Made by a program: the position numbers and the translations under genes
Origin: Octopus vulgaris
Lineage: Eukaryota
Assembly: GCA_951406725.2 (NCBI GenBank)
Contig: OX597825.1
Coordinates: 13,144,001-13,208,000 of the forward strand
Direction: 5' to 3'
Length of the DNA: 64,000 nucleotides
The notes under the pieces: model-generated
Seen by the model: only the letters and a program-made list of their open reading frames with translations
What the model was told of the DNA's origin: nothing
Database searches by the model: none
Part shown: positions 14,395-28,957 of the stretch, in pieces
Numbering within the stretch: the stretch's first letter is position 1
Layout of the letters: each line of letters begins with the position of its first letter

Positions 14395-15090
14395 AAAGCG
14401 CATGACTTAGTGGTTACGATATTTCGCTCATGATAAGGCGGCGAGCTGGCAGAGTCGTTAGCACGCCGGGCGAAATGCGCAGCGGTATTTCGTCCGCCGT
14501 TACGTTATGAGTTCAAATTCTGCCAAGGTAGACTTTATCGTGGTCGATAAATTAAGTAGCAGTTACGCACTGAGGTCGATATAATCGACCTAATCCCTTT
14601 GTCTGTCCTTGTTTGTCCCCTCTATGTTTAGCCCCTTGTGGGTATTAAAGAAATTGGTATTTCGTCTGCCGCTACGTTCTGAGTTCAAATTCCGCCGAGG
14701 TCGACTTTGCCTTTCATCCTTTCGGGGTCAATAAATTAAGTACCAGTTACGCACTGGGGTCGATGTAATCGACTTAATCCGTTTGTCTGTCGTTGTTTGT
14801 CCTCTCTGTGTTTAGCCCCTGAGGGTAGTAAAAAACAGGTATTTCGCTCACGATCGGAAGATCGAGAGTTCGATTCCTGGTGGCGCTTTATGTCCTTGTA
14901 CAAGACACTTAATTTCCTGATGCTCCAGTCCATTCAACTGGCAAAAAAAAAACGAGTAGTACCTGTAATTCAAAGGGTCAGCTTTGTCACATTTTGTGTC
15001 ACGCTGAATCTCCATGACAATTACGCTACAGGTACGCGTGTTTGTGTAGTTTTTAGCGATTTGCACGTGAATTTCACGAGCAAGCAGTAA
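14395..15090 (+). mobile_element. Old family B/D-like SINE interrupted by a family C dimer (14435-14839)
   Basis: Host head at 14395-14434 resumes at 14840; TATTTCGCTCAYGAT duplicated on both sides of the insert. Confidence 0.82.
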
Positions 15091-16871
15091 TTCGTCAACA
15101 GTTTAAAATACATCACATCCTTTCTCTTTTATCATTTTTATGACGAATGGAAAAGATCCGAACGGTTACATTGTTCACTCTGTGCGATAACTAAACTTAT
15201 GCAACTTTCCCGTCACCTCACTAACACTTTGTGAAGTTAAATCCAAAATGTTCTGGTTTATATCCCCAAATATAAAGAGTTTTTTCTTCAGTAATTTACT
15301 CCCAACTAGTAAGAAATGACTGCCACCACGATTTGAAGAATTTATTAATGAATTATATATTTACTTTTTCTTGCTGTTATTTACAAGTACCTTCAAGTAA
15401 TGCCATGGCACTCATGTTTGAATTGGTCGCATATTAAACATCATTCTCCTTATCGTTTGAGTCAATATCGTTTGTCAATATCCCTATTTCTGTGGAAGCC
15501 ATCATTTGACGTTAGGATCTTTTCAATTTTAATATCACAGAACAATTTTCGATTTAGAATTCAATTATCGTTCGTTTGACTATTAAGTTTCTACATTTCT
15601 CTAGATCAATTCTATTCCTTGTATCAGCTTCAAATATGATTAAATACATTAAATACAAACGTTCTCTGGTTCGTTGTATACAGTAGTCGTTTCGGATAAA
15701 AATCGTTAGCTTGTCGGCAAAAGAGTCTATATATTACATTGGAGTTTCGTGCCATTATAGTCCATTGCAAACACTACTGGAACACTGTAAAACAAATGGC
15801 TGCAGAGGTTTTAGCGGGAAAATAAACAGAAGCTCAGAGAGCGTCTCTCTTTGAAATATTTCTTTTGAAATCTGTGAAGCAGTTGAATGAATCATTATTC
15901 TTTCTTTTTGAAGTTTAAGGATGGTTGATTTGATCATTATGAACTTTTGGATGACAACGGCTTCCAGAGGGCATCAGGTACTTTCCAAATGTATATTGCT
16001 TTCAACCGAGTGACCATCTAGTCAATTGCTTTTCTCTAACCATTTGCCATTCACTGAGATGTAATATTTTCTTTCTCTCTATTTTACTTTAAACATTAGA
16101 GTTTTATTGATGAAAAGTTATTCGACATATTCCCGAACATCTTTATACTTGGCTGTTTATTAGTTATCACCATGTTCGGCTCGAATTGGTCCTAAACAAT
16201 TGATTTAAGCACTAACACTGTACTGATCAAAACCTCGGCTTTCATTGAAGCTACTGCGCATTAGGATCAATTTCAAAACCACTGGATGTCAGTTTTCTAC
16301 TTTTAATTAATTGCTGGTGAATAAACAAGTTTTCGTTTCATTGCTACGCCGCCTTGCGGAATATATCTATAGATTTTAGCCAACATTCTAAGTATAGACA
16401 GATCAGAGCACCATGCCATCCTCTATATAAGACGATAAAGGGAGATTTTTAAGGTGATTGCTTGCTATTTCTAGTAACCAGAGCCACCGTTTAAAGGCTG
16501 CCAAGTTGTTTTATGTATGAATTAATATTAGTATATATAAGGTACAGAAGATCAAAAGATCAAAAGATCAATAAATAAAAGATGAACGAGTTTCAAGACA
16601 AATATTTTGACTTCCAGTAAGAATATTGGTTTCAAATTTTGGCATAAGGCCAACAATTTATGTGGAGGGTCTAAGTTGATTACATCGAACTCTGTGCTCG
16701 ATTGGTAATTATTTTATCGACCTCGAAAAAATGAAAGGCAAAGTCGACCTCGAAGGAATTTGAACCCAGAACGTACGCACAAAATGCCGCTAAGCATTTT
16801 GCCCGGCGCGTAAGGATTCTGGCCGCTCGTCGCTCTACTTCCGGTACGAATATTACCAAAACATGTCGAGA

Positions 16872-17075
16872 GTTGTAGTAAAGATTGTTTGCCAACATAA
16901 AATGGTAGTCCTGGTTTAGGACTAATTTTACTGTAATTTAGCCCCAGGAGACATCGTCTCCAGCTGGCTAGATTACAGCAACATTAATCATAAACCAGGA
17001 CTGCCATGTAATGTTGGCAAACAATCATTACTACAAACTGCTGTTGCTGAATATCTCACGTTGAGAGATTTAAAA
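16872..17075. mobile_element. Fold-back element, family F copy 1
   Basis: About 46 bp inverted arms (16872-16918, 16991-17038) around core TAGCCCCAGGAGACATCGTCTCCAGCTGGCTA; 3' GAGATTTA motif. Confidence 0.65.
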
Positions 17076-17309
17076 ATAGTAATGACCAGAGTTGTCTTCT
17101 ATATATATATCGGGTCAATAAAATTCCTTTGGTTTTTGTACTAGGTTTAGCAACATTCTTGATGTGAATTCGTGTGTGAGTATTGCGTGTGTAACCTGCA
17201 CTAAATTGACGCGAAATGATGGATGGTTATGTCTACCTAACGGTATATGATCTCACGTTGGACCAGGCAGTAACTAAATAGAAAAATGGTAATTTATCTA
17301 GATGGACAC

Positions 17310-17900
17310 ACGGGTGAAATGCTTAGTAGTATTTCATCTGCTGTTACGTTCCGAGTTCAAATTCCGCCGAGGTCGACTTTGCCTTTCATCCTTTCGGGGT
17401 CGATAAATTAAGTACCAGTTACTCACTAGGGTCGATATAATCGACTTAATCCGTTTGTCTGTCCTTGTTTGTCCTCTCTGTGTTTAGCTCCTTGTGGGCA
17501 GTAAAGAAATAGAAATAGGTATTTCGTCTGCCGCTACGTTCTGAGTTCAGATTCTGCCGAGGTCGACTTTGCCTTTCATCCAATCGGGGTCGATTAAATA
17601 AGTACCAGTTACGCACAGTGCTCGATATAATCGACTTAATCCCTTTGTCTATCATTGTTTGTCCCCTCTATGTTTAGCCCCTTGAGGGCAATAAAGAAAT
17701 AAGAATCGTTAGCACGCCGAGAAAAATACTTAGCGGCAATTCATCTCGCTTTACGTTCTGTGCTCAAATTTCACCGAGATCTACTTTGCCTTTCATCCTT
17801 TCGGGGTCGATAAATTAAGTACCAGTGAAACACTGGGGTCCATGAAATCAACTCGTCTCCTAACGCAAAATGTCAGACCTTGTGCTTTTAGTAGAAACAA
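17310..17900 (+). mobile_element. SINE family C nested array (tail1, tail1, tail2)
   Basis: About 185 bp internal unit repeated, last unit ending in tail 2. Confidence 0.88.
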
Positions 17901-18281
17901 TCATATAATTCCTCCAACTTCTTGCTGTTTTTTCTTCTTTCATTTTTTTTTTCTTTTCCTTTCTCTGTTTCATGCTTTAAATATGTTAACACAAGTCCAG
18001 CTGCTATTTTTCTATGCAGATGGCTACTCTGAATTATCTCTATCAAACATATACTCATATTTCGTGGTGCAATGAATAAACTGCTTAGTTTGCAACTTTA
18101 CGAGATATCTAAATACCCCATTCCGTTGAGTAAACTGATGGCGTTTCCCATCAGGTTTTTTTTTTCTGGGTGACTCATATTCATTCTATAGTTTCCTTAC
18201 CATGTGTATAAAGATATCAATCAGAAAACCTGTGCACCTGTATATAGGCGTGTGCGTGTGTGTGTATTAGTTTATGGATAT

Positions 18282-18316
<35 letters not shown>

Positions 18317-18329
18317 CATATATATTCAT

Positions 18330-18367
<38 letters not shown>

Positions 18368-18397
18368 TATATTAATAAATACATAAATATATTCATA

Positions 18398-18461
<64 letters not shown>

Positions 18462-18789
18462 ATATATATATATACATATATGTATGTGTGTGTATGACTG
18501 AGAGTGTATGTATGTATTTGCAGCATTCTCCCACCTCTGTTTTTTCTCCCTCTTTCTCTTCCTTTCGCTCTATCTGGGTCTTTGTGTATGTGTAACCATT
18601 TGAGGTACGAGTTGTGTACGTGTGAACAGGCGCGTGGGTGAGGATATAATGTGTAGGTACGAAAGCTGCATTGATGTACACAATGATTCAGTGTACGGGT
18701 TCTTGTACAAACACACACAACACAAACACACACACACACACAGAAGTACACACAAACACGCACATGCACACGCACACACACACACCTAC

Positions 18790-18822
<33 letters not shown>

Positions 18823-19106
18823 AGACACAGCTATTTTATTTCACATGTGTAGCAATATAGAAAAAAGAACTAAATATGTGTGTGCGCGTGTATATAAATC
18901 TCATACGTATACCTCGGTGTGTAAATGTACGCATGTACTGTACATACATATATACATATGTGTGTCTGCGTGTGTCTTCATATATATGTGTACATATATA
19001 TTTATATGCATGTATATATACATATATATATACAAATATATATATGAGAAACACACATATTTATATACGTATACATATATATACATACATATATACATAT
19101 ATATGC

Positions 19107-19152
<46 letters not shown>

Positions 19153-19574
19153 ATACATATATATATGTATTTGTACATGTATATATATATATGCATATGT
19201 ATATGAATATATATATATATATATATGTATGCATGCATGTATGTACGTATGTATGTATGTATGTATGTATGCATGTATATATCGATGTGTATTTATCTAT
19301 GCGTGTGTGTATACAGTGTATACATCTGAATGCAGTTGTAGACGCAGGTGCAGAACCTAAAACAACATCAAGTCTCTGTTGTACACCAGCGTGTTGGTAT
19401 TTAAGTGTGAACATATGTAGATCTGTACTGCATACAAGTTCGTACGCGCAATGTGATAAACATTATTTATACATATCATTTTTAAGTGTATTCGTGTATG
19501 TTTATCCACATCTACACGCATATATATATATACATATATATATATATACATATAGATAGGTATGTATGTATATA

Positions 19575-19618
<44 letters not shown>

Positions 19619-19700
19619 GTATATATATATACATATATATATATATGCATATATATATACATACATATATATATATATATGCATCAATGTATGTATATAG

Positions 19701-19747
<47 letters not shown>

Positions 19748-20284
19748 TATATATATATTTAAAATTATATCTTCTCTCCTGGTGCTGTACAAACATGAAT
19801 GTGGTTTTAGAGTCAAGTTTTGACTGCTATTTCCAGCGTAGTGGTATCTCTTAGATACCCTAAATCATAATTTTAAATAATTATTACCTTTAAACGTTTT
19901 TATTCCCATGCTGGCCATAATTAAATATCGATCATATCCTTATTCATACTTATATATATATATATATACATATATACGTTATTGAAAATATCGGAGGCGA
20001 CACGATGGGTTACGGTTGGACATTTTTTGGCTTTATTTTAATAATATTAAGTCCACCATTTTTGTTTTCTTCTTTTAGTTCTTTCAGCATTTCTGTTCTT
20101 TCTTTAAAGCTCCTGGAAATTAGTAGGACAGTATCATATAATTTGTGATGATTTAGCATACATCCGTTTATATTTTTCATTTCTTTACCTGACCAATAAA
20201 GTTTCTAAATACCTTTCCTAATACAGATGTGAATACGTTGGGTAATATGGTGTCTCCTACTTAGAATCGCTCTGTTGATTTTAG

Positions 20285-20493
20285 TTTCAGTTTGTTTCAG
20301 TCATTTGACTGTGGCCATGCTAGAGCACCGCCTTTAGTCGAGCAAATAAACTCCAGGACTTATTCTTTGTAAGCCTAGTACTTATTCTGTCGGTTCCTTT
20401 TGCCGAGCCGCTAAGTTACGGGGACGTAAACACACCAGCATCGGTTGTCAAGCGATGTTGGGGCGACAAACACAGACACACAAACACACACAA

Positions 20494-20526
<33 letters not shown>

Positions 20527-20706
20527 CACATATATACATATATACGACGGGCTTCTTTTAGTTTCCGTCTACCAAATCCACTCACAAGGCTTTGGTCGGC
20601 TCGAGGCCATAGTAGAAGGCACTTGCCCAAGTTGCCAAGCAGTGAGAATGAACCCGCAACCATGTGGTTGGTAAGCAAGCTACTTACCACACAGCCACTC
20701 CTACGC
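20285..20706 (-). mobile_element. SINE family A
   Basis: Reverse-complement homology to 178-620. Confidence 0.92.
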
Positions 20707-20880
20707 CTTTGGTAGTGCAGAGTCTTAGTGAAACACATATGTCCCTCCATTCCATACCCACTGTATCCACGGCTTAATAATTATTTCCAGGACCTGAATG
20801 GCGTAGTCTCTTGCAATTTACTTTTACCTCAGTACTCTTAGTATGTCATCTAGTTCCACGGAATCAAAAGCTTTCTCCAC

Positions 20881-21055
20881 ATAGGCGCAGGAGTGGCTGT
20901 GTGGTAAGTAGCTTGCTTACCAAACACATGGTTCCGGGTTCAGTCCCATTGCGTGGCACTTTGGACAAGTGTCTTCTACTATAGCCTCGGGCCGACCAAA
21001 GCCTTGTGAGTGAATTTTCGTAGATGGAAACTGAAAGAAGCCCGTCGTATATATG

Positions 21056-21105
<50 letters not shown>

Positions 21106-21327
21106 TGTGTGTGTATGTTTGTGTGTCTGTGTTTGTCCCACAACATCGCTTGACAACCGATGATGCTGTGTTTACATATCCGTAACTTAGCCGTTCGGCA
21201 AAAGAGACCGATAGAATAAGTACTGGGCTTACAAAGAATAAGTCCCTTAGGTCGATTTGCTCGACTAAAGGCGGTGCTCCAGCATGGCCACAGTCAAATG
21301 ACTGAAACAAGTAAAAGAGTAAAAGAG
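20881..21327 (+). mobile_element. SINE family A, full length
   Basis: Homology to 178-620. Confidence 0.92.
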
Positions 21328-21922
21328 TATCTACAAATGATAAGCATAATGCTATATTGTAAGTTTGGCCTTTTCGCCCATAATTGGTTTGTAGTAGTAA
21401 ATACACACCTTGAATCTGCTACACTCTATATAAATTCCCTACTGGGAATGACCAACTTTAAGAGAATCTTGCATTGCTTATAAACTCTGTATCTGGATGG
21501 ACTCATATTAAACACTGTTGAACTTTGGGATTTTACTCAAAGGATATTGGAATATTACACATATATACCATTATGCCTATAAAACGGATTTACGAATTCA
21601 ATAACCATACATATCTTACATCTATTTTCTTTCCTCCACCTCGCTCTCTATTTGTATCACATCGAAACTAATTATGACTTAATGTTTCATCTCACACCAT
21701 CCTAGAATCAGCTGTAAAACCTTCTACCTATAAATGCTCTAATATCTATACAGCCTTGGTTTTTTATCTCATTACGCAAAAACTTCTTATATACACATGC
21801 TGACATAGAACCAACGTTGAACCCTTTATTCGCCATATTACCGAATCTGGAACTTAACTGTGGTCTGTTTATAGCACTTATTCAGCATTACCTGACACCT
21901 TTGGGTGTCAATGACACCATTA

Positions 21923-21969
<47 letters not shown>

Positions 21970-21972
<3 letters not shown>

Positions 21973-22354
21973 CGGAGATGTACTCGCATAGCAAGTAATT
22001 TGATCTGAGATCGTGTGCTGAAACGAAAACAATTGCAGCGTGGAAGGTGTTTATAAGCCATTTAAGAAACACACAAAAGCCGTTCGATTCACTTCAACAT
22101 TTAAGTTATGTTCTCAATTTGTCAAAATATTTTTTACGTCGCTAAATCCGCGACCTGTTCACCGACAAAAATGCAGCACGGATTTTTGTCAGTGAACAGG
22201 TCGCGGACTTTTAGCGACGAAAATATTTTGACAAATTAAACTTGTTTATGTTGAAGTGATCGAACATAGACTTTTTGTGGAGAATGAGATTTGACGTCTA
22301 TTTCTAGTGTTGACTTCCACTTTTTCGTGTTAAAATGGCTTATAAACACCTTCC
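21970..22354. mobile_element. (TA)n-embedded Penelope-like fold-back element (inverted terminal copies)
   Basis: Arm 22042-22172 is inverted at 22182-22354; same family at 31790-31930 and 32198-32357. Confidence 0.75.
22185..22235 (+). ncRNA. Minimal type-I hammerhead candidate with G3-C8 swapped core
   Basis: TTTGTCA / GTGAACA / G / GTCGC-GGACTTTTA-GCGAC / GAAA-ATAT-TT / TGACAAA: 7 bp stem I, 5 bp stem II, palindromic loop III. Confidence 0.7.
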
Positions 22355-22375
22355 TTTAATATGCTAGACCACTGG

Positions 22376-22433
<58 letters not shown>

Positions 22434-24479
22434 TATATATATAAATACGCTTCAGAATTTAGAGTTAGACGAGTACAGATCGTACTACATACAAATACAT
22501 CTACCCATATATATGCATGCGTATATAGAGACACATATACAAACATAACACACCTACATAACATGCATACAAAGCATAGATTTTACCGTGCATTTGGTTA
22601 CATGTGAAAACAAAGAACATGTTCATATTACAGTGTTATATTGTCCATTGTTAATGTGTTTTTTTGTTGATTGGTTGAAAGATATGTTTTTATTGCTGTT
22701 CTTGGTGTTGTTTGTATTGATGCTGTTGTTCTTTTTTATTATTATTTTTTTTTAGTTTTCTTGTTGCTGCATATATTATCGTTTTCCAACAAGAAAAGAA
22801 TGCGAAACTATTTCGTGCGAATTGTCGTACGTAAACCGGTGCCTTTCACGCAGAGAGATATCTGTGTCAGATAGCGTAGACAAACGTTCACTGATCACTT
22901 TTGTTTGACCGACTGCCGATAAAACAAACAACAACTACAACAACAACAGCAGCAGCAGCAGCGGTGGTGGTGGCGGGGAGAGGGAAAGTGCCTGCGTGAA
23001 TAACAACAGCAACAATAATAGCGACAACGACAAAATATGCAACCACGAAAACAACAGCAATAACAACCAAAACAAGAGCTGAAACATCAACACCATCATC
23101 AACAACAGCAACAGCAATAATGAAACCGTTATTAAGAAAAAAACAATGACATCGCTGGGGACCAACTTGGGCCATTTCATTTAGTGTCATTACGCTGATG
23201 TTTAGACGGAGGGAAGCCCTCCACCTGCAGACATACCTTCAAAATATTTCTAATCGTCACAATCCTATCTTTCTAAAGGTAGATTTAAGACTATATTTTC
23301 TAATACGTTCGTTCCCTATTTAAGATAATGGGCTCTGATTCGACTAAGATTTTTGCTGCTATTTTTAGCAGGTCGAGCATCTATGCAGAGGTTTGTTAGT
23401 TGGCTTTGACATTTTAGGCTTATTGTGATAAACAGATTTATTGGTATATTGTAATGTTTATGCAATATCAAATAAGATTTTTATGGCGTCTATGTAAATT
23501 AAAATGAATTTTAATTTCAATGCCCTTTCATAGTTATTGCTTATTAAAGATAAACATTTAAACTTGTTATTTCAGACAACATAATTTGGTTAAATAATTT
23601 TTAATTAAAAAAAAAAATCTACAATTAATTACTAATTAATTTTGGCCGAGGTAATTGCTCAAAATGACAGATGAATGTCAAATGCTAAATTCCATTTCAG
23701 TGGAGTAATTATCGTCTTAAAATTTAGTTAAGGTGGAGCAGGTGGGAGAGAGGGAAAAACTTGAACATGAGTGGAGGGAGACAACTTAGTTTAAATTGGT
23801 TTAGAATAATCACTTTGGCGACTTACCAGTCTGGGTTCAAATGTGAGATGGGTCAAATTCTGCTGTCATCTCTTCAGAGTCGATATGCCAAAAATATGCT
23901 ATATGATCGCTGTTTGTAATCAATTGACAATACCGAATTTTCATCACCTTACAATCGTAGGTAATAGGTCTACATCATGAAAATATCACTTGTACATCCT
24001 TGAGCTCAAATCCCGCTAAGGTCAACCTTGCTTTTCGTCGTTTAGGGGTGGATAAAATAAAGTCAGGTACTGGGGTGGGTATTCTATGTAAAAGATTTTA
24101 CCCCTCCTCAAAATTGCTGGCCTTGTGCCAAAATTTCAAGCAATTATTTGCAAATCCTTTGTCTCCTTCCATTTCAGATATTCCTTTAAATAAAAATGGC
24201 GGATTGTGCTGTTGTTACTGGATTGCTATGTTATGCTCATGGCTTCTGTTCGTCAGATTGTATGGCTTCATAGCTACAGAGAAATCCTCTTAATTTAGTA
24301 ATTGTTATAAAGTTGGAACGAATAATGAAATTGTACTCAGATTTTAAGTAATATTCATAGACACATCAACATAGCTGTCCGTTCGAACGGATTCTAGTGC
24401 GATTGGTTGCTATTTCTACACAAATTGCACGTTTTAATTCATCAATAGATCGAGGGCGATGAGTGAATACTTTTGATTT

Positions 24480-24733
24480 TAAATATCCCCACAAGGAGAA
24501 ATCACATTTCACCATTCCAGAAGAAATGATCCATAGAGTTATCGATAACTTTCATGAACGGCTCTAACAGTCTGTTGACAATGATGCGAAACATTTAGCT
24601 GATTTAATTTTTAAAACTTAATAAAATAAAATGGCTTTGTATGTACATTCAGAAAATATATTTTTTCTTTTCATTTTTTCTTATTTTGTGCTTTTATTAA
24701 GCCTCCAAATGTGTCAGATCATTTTGGTCCACC

Positions 24734-24737
<4 letters not shown>
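24480..24737 (+). mobile_element. Tc1/mariner 3' end remnant with TIR ending CACCCTG-TA
   Basis: IPEEMIHRVIDNFHERL*QSVDNDAKHLADLIFKT* is typical of a transposase C-terminus; terminal ...CCACCCTG followed by TA. Confidence 0.7.
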
Positions 24738-24800
<63 letters not shown>

Positions 24801-25279
24801 TGCGTCTGTGTATATTTACATATATTCACCCATCCATCCGTCTAACCATCCATCCAGCCAGCCATATAGAGTTGGAACATACATACATACGTATACATAC
24901 ATACGTATTTATTTATTTATACGCACGCGCAAACAGACGTGCACACATATACACGCACATACGTACATACGCACGCACACACACATATAGGTGTAAAACA
25001 GCATTCATTTCTGCCTCCCTACAAACCAGTTGTTATAAAACTCATATATCTTTTTTTCGGATGTTTATAACAACACTTCAAACATGTATTTAATAGTAAA
25101 TTCTTTCATTCCATGTCTACATCAGTTATAAACATCCGTAATGTGTGCAGATAATTTTGCTGGCTAGCACAGTAGGGTAAATATAAACATATACTAATAC
25201 TAATTATGCGATCCGGTTTCGATTCCCAGTCGTTACATGTCATTTCAACTATGTATTAAATATTTTTTTTAAATAATAA

Positions 25280-25530
25280 ATGCGCCCTTTGAGAGCTTCG
25301 CCAGGCTCATGGGCCTGGTTTCCCGGTTTCTATGGCGTATGTGTTCTCCCAAGCTGGACGGGACGCCAGTCCATTGCAGCGTTACTCATTTTTGCCGGCT
25401 GAGTGGACTGGAGCAACGTGAAATGAAGTGTTTTGCTCAAGAACACAACGCGTCGCCCGGTCCAGGAATCGAAACCACAATCGTACGATCATGGTACTGA
25501 CACCCTAACCACTAATCCACGCGCTTCCAC
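25280..25530 (-). mobile_element. CORE-like tRNA SINE related to family D, different tail
   Basis: Minus strand GGTTTCGATTCC B box and TTCTTGAGCAAAACACTT. Confidence 0.75.
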
Positions 25531-25679
25531 ATGTATTAGATATAGGTTTGAAAATTGCATACCTACATATCACCGTGGCAGCAATGGGGTACAGGCTCAC
25601 AAACTGTTTCGGAGAAAGAAGTTAATAAGCCTTAACAAAAGTTATTTTGGCCCCAATGAGAATGCGTCCTGCGGACTTT

Positions 25680-25965
25680 CTCCCTTAAATTGCACCCTAA
25701 AATTGCAGCCGTATCTCTCTAAAATCACACACTAAAATTAGCCATCAAGTTGCCCTTGAAACATACTCTTGACTAAACAATAACATTTTAGAAAGAGCAA
25801 CTAAATTTTCCTCAAATCCCATTCTAGAAATAGCGTGTAAATGTCCCTCAAAGTGTACCCCTGACTAAATATTTAGTTTTTAGAAACAGCAGCTAAACGT
25901 CCTTCAAATCAATTTCTAGAAATACAGAGTAAATATAATTCACATCACACCCAAGAAATAGCTTT
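25680..25965. repeat. Degenerate minisatellite (about 30 bp unit, about 92 bp higher-order period)
   Basis: GACTAAA..TTTTAGAAA.AGCA.CTAAA..CCTCAAATC...TTCTAGAAATA at 25771 and 25863. Confidence 0.6.
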
Positions 25966-26079
25966 GAAATATCTGATGTTGTGCTTATTAAACGTATGAA
26001 CATATATGTGTTTCATCCAGGGGTGCTAGTGTCTTCATACCTATATACATGTAAGTTGATTTATACACACTAATGAATA

Positions 26080-27067
26080 AAGGCTGCGATGGATAAATTG
26101 TCACCATTTTGTATTTTTAAATTGTTTGTTTTATATTTTGTCGATTACACAGTATAGTAGGGTCAGTTTGGCACCGTCTGAGAGAAAAACAGCACCACGA
26201 CACATTTCATTGCCAGAAATTTGTAAATACCAAGAAATACCAGAAATACCAGAAACAGTCTTCCGAGTTCTTTCATAGGGCTTGAAAAACACCGCTGCAA
26301 TAAGTGTGTGAATCTGAGAGGAGAATATGTTGAATACCAATGCCAGAAATACCAAGCTGTACTGCTTGGTATTCATGCCGGAAGCTCCAATACTAATATT
26401 TCAGTGTTCGGGTGTTAAGCTGAGGACAGTGCAATCTGAGGACATGTACCGAGAGTGATAAAAATCAAACATCCAGTCAACATCGTGGTGTTTTGAATGA
26501 TCACGTGTGATGGTGACGTGATGCCTCCATTCATCTTCCCACACGGCTTCAAGACTCAATATGGAGGCCTACATCAAGTGCCTGGAAGAGGTAGTGCTGC
26601 CCTGGGTCAAGAGGGTAGATGTTGGAAGACCCTGCTGGCAATAGGACTCTGAACTTTGCCACACAAGCAGAACCCAGTCATGGTTGTCAGACAATTTTTG
26701 TGACCACATCACCCCCTAACATCTGGCCACTTAACTCCCCAGACTGCAACCCCTTGATTATTAGGTGCGGGGTGCAACTGAGCGAGAGACCAGCCAAACT
26801 CCTTGTGACACCGAAGATGACATGAATGCAAGGATTATGGCAGCATTGACCATCTTAAACAAGGAGACTGTCCAGAAGATTTGCAGAAGATTCTGAAATC
26901 GTCTGGAGGTTGTGGTTGAAGCGAAGAGCGATTTTATTGAAAAAATTTACACTTTAGTATTTCAAGATATTTTTATTTAATTTTGATGAACATATCTGTT
27001 GAAATGAGATGTCAGTGTTATTTTCATTTTTGCGAAATTTAGACAACAATTTATTCACCGCAGCCTG
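26080..27067 (+). mobile_element. Internally deleted Tc1/mariner DNA transposon, maT (DD37D)-like
   Basis: Imperfect TIRs AGGCTGCGATGGATAAATTGT and ACAATTTATTCACCGCAGCCTG; frameshifted WQ*DSELCHTSRTQSWLSDNFCDHITP/NIWPLNSPDCNP/LDY with about 36-37 residues between the last two Asp. Confidence 0.85.
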
Positions 27068-27387
27068 TGTGTGTACACTTGTTTATATACACATACTTGC
27101 AGACAGTGTAGGTTGAGGTAATGTTATATGTGCGTATATCTTTACTGTACTCAAATACGTTACGCGGAAATTCATTGTATATATTGTATACACCATAAAT
27201 ATTTATGTAATTCAGTTACAGACTTCCTATATATATATATATACTGTATATATGTGTGTATATGTGCGTATGTGTGTGTTTCTGTGTGTATATATACTAT
27301 TTAATATATATATATATGTATATATACATATATATACATATATATATGCGTATACATATATATATATAAATTTATATATATGTATGG

Positions 27388-27483
<96 letters not shown>

Positions 27484-27485
27484 AT

Positions 27486-27517
<32 letters not shown>

Positions 27518-27567
27518 ATATATATATGTATATATATATATGTATATATATATATGTATGTATATAT

Positions 27568-27620
<53 letters not shown>

Positions 27621-27884
27621 TATATGTATGTATATCTGTGTATATATGTATATGTATGTGTGTACGGGTTAACTAGGATATCTAAGCGTACATCTATGGG
27701 GGGGAGGTACGGTGAAGAATGTTGTAAATCTTTACTGTTTAAAACTAAATTTAATTTATTGTTCTCCACTGATGTAGGTATCACTTCATAAATATCCAAA
27801 CATATCAAAACTTCGTCGAAAATTAGTTTTCAAAATTGCTTTTAACCCATCAAACCAAGTAGAGAAAAACATTGGTTGTAGCAT

Positions 27885-28016
27885 ATGAGTTCAAATTCCG
27901 CCGAGGTCGACTTTGCCTCTCATCCTTTAGAGGTCGATCATTTAAGTACCAGTCGATCTAATCAACTGGCACTTTCCCCAAAAATTTTGGGCCTTGTGCC
28001 TAGAGTAGAAAAGAAT
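27885..28016 (+). mobile_element. SINE family C fragment, tail 2
   Basis: B box, central domain and GGCCTTGTGCCTAGAGTAGAAAAGAAT tail. Confidence 0.8.
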
Positions 28017-28074
28017 AAAGAGAGACAGAATTCTAAGCAGAGTTACGACTGTTAGTCGTAAAGTTTGTGACACT

Positions 28075-28126
28075 ACGATTCAAGACACTACGATCTTCGG
28101 ACGATTCAAGACACTACGATCTTCGG
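28075..28126. repeat. Perfect 26-bp tandem duplication
   Basis: ACGATTCAAGACACTACGATCTTCGG twice. Confidence 0.9.
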
Positions 28127-28150
28127 ACGAGAATTCTTACACCTCCATAT

Positions 28151-28564
28151 ACTCTTTACTCTTTTACTCTTTTACTTGTTTCAGTCATTTGACTGCGGCC
28201 ATGCTGGAGCACCGCCTTTTTTAGTCGACCAAATCGACCCCGGGACTTATTCTTTGTAAGCCCAGTACTTATTCTATCGGTCTCTTTTGCCGAACTGCTA
28301 AGTGACGGGGACGTAAACACACCAGCATCGGTTGTCAAGCAATGCTAGGGGGACAAACACAGACACACAAACATATACATACACATAAATACATATATAT
28401 ACATATATACGACAGGCTTCTTTCAGTTTCCGTCTACCAAATCCACTCACAAGGCATTGGTCGGCCCGAGGCTATAGCAGAAGACACTTGCCCAAGATGC
28501 CACGCAGTGGGACTGAACCCGGAACCATGTGGTTGGTAGGCAAGCTGCTTACCACACAGCCACT
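28151..28564 (-). mobile_element. SINE family A
   Basis: Reverse-complement homology to 178-620. Confidence 0.92.
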
Positions 28565-28957
28565 GTGCTGATGTGCAGGAATATCGGAGTTTGCTGTCTG
28601 TTGACTGGGTAGTTTTTTGGTGTTGAGAGTTGACATGAAATTGTGAAAAATTAAATGGGCATCATCGAAGTAGTTGAAAGACTGGAAGTCAGAAGTTTTA
28701 CAAATGAATATTATCATTTTCGCTAGCATTTCCAGTCAATGGGAATCACTTAACAAAGACCTGCTACAAGAAAAGATAAAAGGGAGATACGTTACATGAA
28801 AGGTAACGCCTCTACTTTGAAATGATTCCTTTTTCTATTTATCAAGGAATAGAAAATGGGTAGAAAATCTTCCCGTTGCATGGAATAAAATGGTTTTCAT
28901 TAGCAAATATTAGTTCTAACAATAGCTTGAGAAGTGTTCAAAAGCCCTAATGTGAAT

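Noticed and set aside
23600-23720. TAATTA/TGACAG clusters here and at about 2260-2310; AGGTCA half-sites at about 51010-51050
   Set aside because: Expected by chance in AT-rich DNA and unsupported without conservation data
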